Below, piece by piece: positions 46,601 to 55,600 of a stretch of DNA of 64,000 nt. A model generated the notes under the pieces. It was not told the DNA's origin. It did no database searches and worked only from the letters and a program-made list of their open reading frames with translations. Both the position numbers and the translations under genes were made by a program. Position 1 is the stretch's first letter. Each line of letters begins with the position of its first letter. The stretch covers positions 1,922,001 through 1,986,000 of the forward strand of contig OX337228.1 in assembly GCA_946965045.2 (NCBI GenBank), written 5' to 3'. The DNA is from Epithemia pelagica (taxonomy: Eukaryota; Protista; Bacillariophyta).

Positions 46601-48330
46601 CGAAAGAGCAATGGTTTCGTCAATTTCTTTTAGTTTTTCACTAAACACTTCGCGATCTTCCGTAGCTTCAATCACAGAAATGGGCGAACCCAGGACTTGC
46701 ACGCCCGCCTCTTGCAACTTGCCGCTTCTCCAAAGTTCCACACCGACATTCAACGCCGTTTGTCCGCCCATGGAAACAATGATCCCATCCGGCTGTTCCT
46801 TTTGGATGATATCCATGACGACTTCGGCCTTGATGGGAAGGAAATAGACGCGATCCGCGGCACGAAAGGCATCCTCCGCGTCTTGGGAGGTTTGGACCGT
46901 GGCAATATTGGGGTTGATGAGAATGACCTCAATTCCTTCTTCTTTGAGAGCCTTGATGCACTGGCTTCCGGAGTAGTCGAATTCCCCCGCTTGTCCAATA
47001 CTCAGACCACCACTCCCCACCAACAAGACCTTCTTGTACGTCTTTCGTTCATAATCCAGTCCATTGTGAAGGACCAAGGGCTGCGGTTCCTTGCGTACAT
47101 GACCGACAAACTTGTCAAACAAAAAGGCCGTATCAAAGGGTCCTCCACTGGCTTCTGGATGAAACTGGACACTAAAAAAGGGCTTGCTCGTATGGACAAT
47201 CCCCTCATTCGTCAAATCATTGGCATTCAAAAAGAGCGGCTTCCAATTCGGAGGCAGCGACGTGGCGTCGACGGCAAACCCGTGATTTTGTGGGGTAATG
47301 TAGCACCGACCATTGCGCAAATCAATGGCGGGCTGGTTCATTCCCCGATTTCCGTACTTGAGCTTGTACGTCGTGGCTCCCGCCGCCAAGGAAAGGAGCT
47401 GGTTCCCCAAACAGATACCAAAGATTGGCTTGGGAGGTTCCAAGGCGAGTGCATACTGGATCGACGCAATGGTTTCGGGGCACATGGTAGGGTCCCCGGG
47501 TCCATTGGAAAGAAAGAGTCCATCCCAACCAATGTTTTCTGGATTGCGTTCCAAATTGTAATTGTATGGAACCACGGTCAACTCGACATTGTGGGACTGA
47601 ACGAGGTAACGGATAATGTTGTACTTCATACCACAATCGTACGCGACAATCCGAGGAGAATTGCCTTTGCCATACACCACAACCGTGGGTGTCGACACTT
47701 CTGCCACCAAATTTCGTTTGTTCGGATCCAAAAACTTTTCTTCCGGTAGAGTCGGCAAGATTGTCGTAGGATTCTGTGTGAGGATAAAAGAGCAACAAGC
47801 AACACCAAGGTGGATTGGGTGAGTTTGGACGAGACACGGAGCGAAGGATGGCAACAATCCACCAATTCCTCTCCCAACACACGCACCGCATGAATCACAC
47901 CCAAGAGCGAACCATGTTCTCGTAATTTCTTGGTCAATTCCCTCGTGTCAATGCCATAAATGGCCGGAACTTTGTTTTCTTCCAACCATTTGGACAAGGA
48001 TTTTTGGGCCGCCCAATGCGAGTGTTCCCACGAGTAGCTGCTGACAATCAATCCAGCCACATGGATTTGGGAAGACTCAAAGTACATGGGCAAGCCATTG
48101 GAATCTTGGACGGACTCGTCCGGGACTCCATAATTTCCCACCAATGGAAAGGTCAGAACCAAGATTTGTCCCCGATACGACGGGTCCGTCAAGGCTTCGG
48201 GATATCCCACCATGCCCGTGTTGAAGACAACTTCTCCTTCCACATCGGTTTGAGCTCCAAAGGAATACCCCAACAGAGGCTCTGACTGATCATTGAGATA
48301 GAGGACTGCCGGTTCACCCTGGAGAGTCAT
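43616..48330 (-). CDS. Glutamine-dependent carbamoyl-phosphate synthetase (fused small and large subunits), likely the cytosolic pyrimidine-type enzyme; intron 47774-47886
   Basis: [28 protein letters not shown] (catalytic Cys), [26 protein letters not shown], a second ATP-grasp half and a C-terminal MGS domain. No targeting peptide; no DHO/ATC fusion. Confidence 0.95.
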
Positions 48331-49000
48331 GGCGGAAAATGCACAGACGCGCACAACAACACGTTAGAATCGGGGTTTGTTCGGCCTTTGCAGGATCCAG
48401 TGCGCCATGATGGATGGATGGATGGATGGATCCGACCTACCTGCAGATCCAGATAGCCGAGAGATTCGGACGACTGACCGCTCATTGTGATCTAGTAGAC
48501 ACAACAATACAATGCGTTCACCGAATCTCACCAAGGAATGAGAATGGGTGTGTCTTTTTTTGGGATCAACGAAAGATTCGATTGATGGTTGCAGGCCAAT
48601 CATTCCTTTCTCGTGCTGCCAAACGAGGGAGAGAGAGACACGCACTCGAAACTACCTACTCCGCCCCACCAAATGATGGCTGGCGTGAAGTCGTGGCGTG
48701 TGGTTCTTCCGTCTTTCTCTCTCGGCTTCTTGCTCATGGTCGTGTCGCGCGGGACAAGAGGATGCACTTGCGTGCGAGGCGTCCCCCAAGAAATTGCACC
48801 TTCTTCAGTCGCTCTTTATTCCATATTGGTCGCATATAGTTACCGTGCACGACGCACGCAGGAGAGCAGGAGAGCAACTTTTGACGAAGCATTTCTGTTT
48901 TCCATTCTGATCTTGCCAACACTTGTTGCCAAGGTACCAGATTGGGTCCCTTCACAAAAGCGCTTTCTCATTGCGCGAGATTGTGTGCATCACCAATGCC

Positions 49001-50392
49001 ATGTCGGCCCGCATGAACCGGTTTCCCACCACCACGACGTTCGGTCGGTCGCTGTCCATCCATGGACGACGGCGACGACAACACTACGGATGGTGCAGGT
49101 CTCCTACGACGCTCTGGGATTCCACAGTCCAGACGTTGGTGTGTCGTTGGGATCCCAGTCACCGTGCCGCATGGTCAGTAGCTACAACGACAACAACAAC
49201 AAAAACAAGGTTGGACTATTATCCATACCGTGTTCGACTGTTGTGGGCACAACGCCACCGTATTTCCGTGTCCCAGTTCAGTGTCATTGGGACACCTCGT
49301 CCCAGTAAGAACACCATTCTGGACGACCCTTGTCGCACCGTGGCTCATCCCTCCCAGAATCATCATAAAAATGATTCGGAAGAAGAACAATCCGAATCGG
49401 ATGCCTTGGACGATCATCGTCGATGGCTGGCGTGGAAAGCCCATTGGTGGCACCAACTGCAATCCATTCCCAATGTCTTGAGTTTGTCGAGAATGTGTGC
49501 CACGCCCGTGTTGTGTTTTTGGATCGTGACAGATCAACCCCTCTATGCGCTGGCGGGCTGCACGGTGGCGGCCATTTCGGATGTTGTCGACGGTTGGATT
49601 GCCAAGCACTGGGGGATGGAAACCGTACTGGGAACCTATTTGGATCCCGCGGCCGATAAGGTCCTCATCAATGGCTTGTCCTTGGCCATTTGGTACAATG
49701 GAACCTTGCCGACACCCATCATGGCCATTTGGATGATCAAAGATGTCGCACTCTTGGCCGCCACCCATCAACACCTCGTCAACCTCCCACGCACCACCAC
49801 CACCACACCACGAACGACCCGCGAAGATGCTGCTCGTACAAGTGGTAGGGTCCAGGAGAAGAAGGACGGCCCTCCGAATGTCACGGATACTGCTACTACT
49901 CCTTCGAGCACACGTCTGTGGACGGAGGTGTTTGTCAGCAAACGACGACGGCTGGAATGGCTGGAAAAACTGGATCCCTTGACTGTTCCCATCAAGGTCC
50001 AACCCACCCTCACGTCCAAAGTCAATACAGCCTTGCAATTTGCCGTCTTGGCCATGGCCACCGTTCATCCCTTGTACAACTTGGAACCCTATTTAGGCTA
50101 CCTGTGTTGGACCACGGCCGGTACCACCATCCTGGCCTTGACCAGTTATATGGGCTATCGAGGTTTTTCCAAGATTGGCACCGCTCCGACGACCCATTCC
50201 ACACACCATGACGACGACGACGATGACAGGGTTCCGCCACTGGATCCCAATCGCAAACAACAACCACAACAACAACATCAACCGACACATTCCTTGTCGA
50301 GATCCAGGCTTGGCATCCCCATGCCGAGATCACCCATTGTGGTGGACAAGCAGCAACATCATTCCAACGAAACTACAAAGAAACAATCATGA
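49001..50392 (+). CDS. CDP-alcohol phosphatidyltransferase, cardiolipin synthase/PGP synthase-like
   Basis: IPNVLSLSR and SDVVDGWIAKHWGMETVLGTYLDPAADK match the CDP-AP signature; Arg-rich N-terminus resembles a mitochondrial presequence. Confidence 0.88.
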   Translation: MSARMNRFPTTTTFGRSLSIHGRRRRQHYGWCRSPTTLWDSTVQTLVCRWDPSHRAAWSVATTTTTTKTRLDYYPYRVRLLWAQRHRISVSQFSVIGTPRPSKNTILDDPCRTVAHPSQNHHKNDSEEEQSESDALDDHRRWLAWKAHWWHQLQSIPNVLSLSRMCATPVLCFWIVTDQPLYALAGCTVAAISDVVDGWIAKHWGMETVLGTYLDPAADKVLINGLSLAIWYNGTLPTPIMAIWMIKDVALLAATHQHLVNLPRTTTTTPRTTREDAARTSGRVQEKKDGPPNVTDTATTPSSTRLWTEVFVSKRRRLEWLEKLDPLTVPIKVQPTLTSKVNTALQFAVLAMATVHPLYNLEPYLGYLCWTTAGTTILALTSYMGYRGFSKIGTAPTTHSTHHDDDDDDRVPPLDPNRKQQPQQQHQPTHSLSRSRLGIPMPRSPIVVDKQQHHSNETTKKQS

Positions 50393-50493
50393 TTACACAG
50401 CTATGCGCCACTACAGCAGGACAGCCACAACAGGATGTTCCGGAAAGGTCCAATCAGAGCTGTTTCGATCTAGGAGACATTTTTGGATCCGAT

Positions 50494-51730
50494 TTACCGT
50501 GGAGTTCCAGAGGCTTGATCCGCGGCCCACGCGACCGCAATGGCGTTTCGGCCGTCCTCCAACTCGGAGAAAGAGGGACGAGTCGTAATATCGTACATGA
50601 CTTTGACACAAAAGTTCTGCAACTTGCAAGAGTTTACCTGCTGAAAGGCATTGCTCAAATTATTCAACACACGATGCAATACTTGGTCCGTTTCCATGGG
50701 CTCAAAGAAGGATGCCCGCACATGGAAACCAAAATGCTCAATATAGCTTGTACATTCCGCCCGGGTCAACACTTGACCTCGGTGAAACACATCCACAAAT
50801 CGGTCCAACTCTGGCAGATACACGACCACATGACCCGGTAGACCAATAATGTCCGCTTGGACGCCCAATCGACGTCCAACAAATTGATAGATTAGAGCCA
50901 ATGTCAAGGGTAAACCTCTTTTATCGCGCAAAACGGAGTGTAGAAGTGAATTGTTGTAGTTGTAGTAATCGCTACTGTTACCCAAGAAAGGACGGTGCGC
51001 GTCATTATCGTTGTCTGCATTGCTCTCTGCAAACATGACAGTATGAAGCGCATCCACAATTTGCGGTAGCGTAGCACTAGTGGCACTCGAATGGACCCCC
51101 AAACCGGCGCCCCGACGAGCCTGCGCGGCCATATCATCCAAAGTTTGGTGTATACGTTGAGATGTGGAATCCTCAACGTGATCTGGATCAAGTTCGCTAA
51201 ACATCTTGCTCACGAGAATCATCAGTTCTTCTCTTTCCACTAGGTCAAAATTGCTCGAGACGTGCGGCTGTGTTCGGCGCCGCATGCAATCCAATAGATC
51301 TTCCAAGGTACCAGCGCAATGAATCAGACGCAAACAGCTTCTTGCAAAAGCGCCATGATTGTCAAACGTTTCGGTCGAGTCCGCATCCTGGTCGGACCGA
51401 TTCAAGGGTATCGAAAGCTCTGGAAGAAGTTTCGTATTATTTGCTTCGTTGTCGCAAATGGTGTTGTCCATACCATGTGGTCGATTCCAGATCCTCCAAA
51501 GCAAGTCCATTACATCCCGTCCCTGATTCGCCAACTTTTTGGCAAACTGTATGAGGCCTTTTATAGTTTTGTTTTGATGATTGGCACATAGAGCAACGAG
51601 CTCTAAATAAGTGGACCATTCAAGGGAATGACGGTGGGAATACATCGCCTTGAATCGAGAAACCTCCGAACGCTGAAGTTGTTTGGATTGGCGAGAGTGC
51701 ATTTGGAATCTTGCGTAGAACAGTGGCTTC
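50494..51730 (-). pseudogene. F-box protein with transglutaminase-like (SirB1/FBXO21-type) domain, 3' part; split by the family-3 element
   Basis: YYNYNNSLLHSVLRDKRGLPLTLALIY...GLPGHVVV; joins the 5' part in frame as IYCWK|PLFYARF. Confidence 0.88.
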
Positions 51731-51944
51731 TGTTGGAACGGAACCAGGAACAGAGCAAGGAACAGGATGACCAAACAGCGACCAGCAAAGATGAAGAAGA
51801 TGAAGAAGGTTGGATCTTAGTCAAGCGACGTGGCAAGGCGCAAAAGAAAACTACAGATGAGCAAAGAGCTCATTCTATTGGAAATATCTAAAATAAGAAG
51901 CCTTTTGACGTTGCCTTTACAGCACGGCTTGTTTAGTTCCAACA
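51731..51944 (+). repeat. 5' LTR of family 3
   Basis: 213/214 identical to 57542-57755. Confidence 0.97.
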
Positions 51945-51958
51945 TATTTCCAATAGAA
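51944..51958 (+). other. PBS-position sequence perfectly complementary to LTR-internal 51873-51887
   Basis: ATATTTCCAATAGAA is the exact reverse complement of TTCTATTGGAAATAT; there is no TGG tRNA-3'-end PBS. Confidence 0.85.
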
Positions 51959-51992
51959 AATACTTTCCAGATTGTCCTGTGAACTACTGTGA

Positions 51993-52619
51993 ATGGCTTC
52001 CGGGGACGGTGATAGTGTCACAGATCAAGTTGAAGAACACGTTGACCCAGAAACGCCATTGGGGCGTCTTTTGGCCGAACTGACCCAATTGAGTATCAAC
52101 GAACAAGAAGCGTACACACAATTGGAGCGGAGGTACGAGGAAGCTGCACGACAGCGCGAGGCGGCGTTTAGTGAAGCCCGAGCCCAATTGGAACGAGATC
52201 GACAAGAAGAACGCAGATTCGATTTAGCTCAACTATCAACGTCGAGAGCGGCCGTACACCAAAACGCCATCGAAGAACGACGACAACTGATCCGCCGTAT
52301 TCACGGGCTGGCACCACAAGAACCGGTCCCTCAAGATATCCCGTCCAACAACGGCCATCAACGGCGCAATCAACCCAGACGCGTTGGTGTGCCAGTTCGC
52401 CCGGTGAACGTCCCTCGAGAGTTGCCAATCGGGACACGAGTCCGTGTATTGAATTCGCTGCGTCTCGCTCAGCGTACCCCAGCACGAAACCTCGAAGGTC
52501 GTGTTATCAGTGTTGGAAGCCGGTTCTACACTCTTTCCATTTGGAATCCTACGACACGGCAAACAGAAGAACACCGTCGTCAAAGGAACAACATAGCAGT
52601 GATTACGGACAATGAGTAA
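51993..52619 (+). CDS. Extra 208-aa ORF (ORF0) upstream of family-3 gag-pol: coiled coil plus KOW/SH3-like C-terminus
   Basis: ATG 48 nt after the LTR; E/R/Q heptad stretch; LPIGTRVRVL...EGRVISVG...YTL beta-rich motif; overlaps the gag ATG (ATGAGTAA). Confidence 0.7.
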   Translation: MASGDGDSVTDQVEEHVDPETPLGRLLAELTQLSINEQEAYTQLERRYEEAARQREAAFSEARAQLERDRQEERRFDLAQLSTSRAAVHQNAIEERRQLIRRIHGLAPQEPVPQDIPSNNGHQRRNQPRRVGVPVRPVNVPRELPIGTRVRVLNSLRLAQRTPARNLEGRVISVGSRFYTLSIWNPTTRQTEEHRRQRNNIAVITDNE

Positions 52620-55600
52620 TCGTTCAGGGACGGAGGCCCGCCCTGACGCAGCACCCAGCAGCAATGCAGGATCGTCCAACACGCGCAGCAACCAAGGCGG
52701 AGGGTCCAGGCGCAGTGGCGGCGGACGTGGTCGAGGCAACAGGAATCAAGGTCCAGCCAATCAGTCTCGCTTCCAAGGCCAGGAGCCTTCATTAAAGGAC
52801 TGCACCTTTGATTACTCAGAGGACTCCCAGTCCAAACGTTATATTCGAAACATTGAGTTGTTGGTTGGGTACATTGGTACCAATTACAATCGACACAACA
52901 TGCACTTCCAGAAAGCAGTGGAGCAACTGGAACTCCCTGATCCTCCTCCAGTCAAGCGTCCTAAAGATATGAAAGATCTGATTGAGGTTGAAGAATGGAA
53001 ACTCAATTACAAAGCAAGAGAGGAACAAATGCTAGTATATGAAGGATTTCGATCCTCGCTGTTCAGTTTGCTACTGGGGCAGTGTACTCCCCTACTACGC
53101 GACAAGTTGAGAGCCAAGAGTGAATACCAACCGATTCAAGACAAGCGGGATGGCGTGGCTCTGCTTAAACTCATCAAAGCAACCACATTCACCTACGACT
53201 CAAATCGTCTCTACACGGCGGTGTCGAGGGACCGTTTGAAAGAAGAATTCTTCTCCTTACGTCGCAAAAATAATCAAACTATTCAAGCATATTATGAGGT
53301 ATTTCGCGCAAAGTACAAGGTTCTAGAAGAGTTGAACATTGTGCTGTATGACGAAGACTTCGCCGCCGAGATTGCCAAACGCGAGAAGCGGAGCAAGGTG
53401 ACCGATGAGGACAGAAAGGAAGCACAAGAAAGATGTGTGGCCGTGCGGTTTATACGTACATGCGGCCAAAAAGATTATGAATCTCATCTTCAAAATACCT
53501 TTTTGGATGGACAGAACAACTATCCATCAAGCCTCGCCGAGGCCCGTGCCATTATCGATAACCGGCTGATGAGCAATCGACACAACCAGAATAATCAAGT
53601 GAATGTGAACCAAACTGGGAATGAGTCTGCCACTGGAGTTGCATACCATACCCAGGGCGTGTCATCTGATGATACTTCGACCCTCACAGAAAACACATCC
53701 GGAGCAGGGACCCAAGAATCAGGTAATCGAGGACAAGGTACAGTAACCTCATCCTCCCGATCCATTCCCCCAGTTGTAACAGACTCACCTCCTGCATTCT
53801 CCTTTGCTGCTTCCTCTTCACAGGCCAGCATCCCTCCTAACTGGATCCTCCTGGACAATCAGTCCACAGTAGATATCATCGTCAATCAAGCACTACTCAA
53901 GAACATTCACTCAAGTGACCATCCAATCACGGTGTCCAGCCATGCGGGCAGCCGCATATTGTATCATCAAGGCCTGTTACCAGGATACGGCTTAGTCTGG
54001 TACGACAAGGCTGGCCCTGCCAACATTTTATCACTCCGCAATGCCCAAGCAAGATTCCACATTACGTATAATAGCGTGGACGGCAATAGTTTCGAATTAA
54101 AAGATCCTGCAACGGGAAGACTCAAGCACACCTTTCATCAGAGTCCCGAAGGACTATTCTATATGGATAGTAGTAACCTAGCACATGGTAGTTTCTTAAC
54201 TACCGTGTCTAGTAACGAAAGTGGTTACTCCCCAAGGGAAGTCTCAAGAGCTAAATTAGCAAGAAGCATACAGGCAAGAATCGGTCGCCCATCAACAAGG
54301 GATTTTATCAAAATTGTGGAAGGGAACATGCTCCCTAACACACCCATCAATGCCAAGGATATTCGAAGAGCAGAGACAATATATGGTCCCGACCTTGGAT
54401 CATTAAAAGGAAAGACTACCCGAAGAAAGGCACCTGTTGTGGACACTGAGATCCTAGTGCCTCCTAGCATCAAGGATGAACACAAGGACATCACATTAGC
54501 TATGGACGTCATGCATGTGAACGGAATCCCGTTCTTGCTGGCAACAACACGAAAGATTCGGTTCGGCATGGTTGAAGCTCTTCCACGATTGACTGAAGAT
54601 GCAATGATGACAGCAATCAAACGGATTGTTGGCGTGCTAAGACGAGGCGATCTACGTCCGCGAGTACTGCTGTTCGATGGAGCACTGGCCTACGAAAGTT
54701 TCCAACATCGGCTTAATATGCTGGGCATCCAGCTAAACACCACAGCTCAAGACGAACACGTGGGAGAAGCCGAACGGTTCATTAGAACTGTGAAAGATCG
54801 CATGCGTAGCGCCTTCAACATGTTGCCATATGCAACCGTTCCCAAAGTGATGGTGATTGAACTGGCCAAGTTTGTCGTGTTTTGGTTAAACAGTTTCCCG
54901 AATAAAAATGGGATATCGACTACCATGAGCCCACGCGAAATCGTAACGGGAGAGAAGATGGATTATCGAGCCCACTGTCGATACGAGTTTGGACAATACG
55001 TACAATGCCACGAGCAACACGACAATTCAATGGCTCCCAGAACAATCGGAGCTCTGGCTTTACGTCCTACCGGCAACAGGCAAGGAAGCTACTATTTCCT
55101 TAGCCTTGACAGTGGACGGGTCATCACCAGAAATAACGCAACAACTTTACCTATGCCGGATGAAGTGATTAAGCGTGTGGAGGCCTTGGCAGCTGCACAG
55201 TCCATGCAGCCAGGACTAGCATTCAGTAACCGCGACAACAGGATCCTATCGCTAGATGATGACAATCCACTGTTCAACGAGGCCGATGATGACACCTATG
55301 TCGACGACGACGAATCAGATGAGGATCTCCGCTATGATGATGACATGGTGGCTCAGGAATTGGAGCCAGCCGTCGATCATCCAGAAGCGACGGAAAACCC
55401 AGGAGTGGGGGAAAATCAAGGAGTGAGGGAGGATTTAGGAGTGGAGGAGTTGGTAGTGGGGGAAGAAATGCAAGAGGAGGAACCGGCCGCTGTGACCATC
55501 GACGATGTCCAGCATGTTGCTCAGGAGGAGGATGATATCATAGAGGAGGATGCTGGCTCAGTAGTGGAGGACGAGGAGAGTCAAAACAATCAAGAGGACA

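Noticed and set aside
48408-48431. (GGAT)n and other microsatellites, e.g. (CA)n near 17183
   Set aside because: Ordinary simple repeats.
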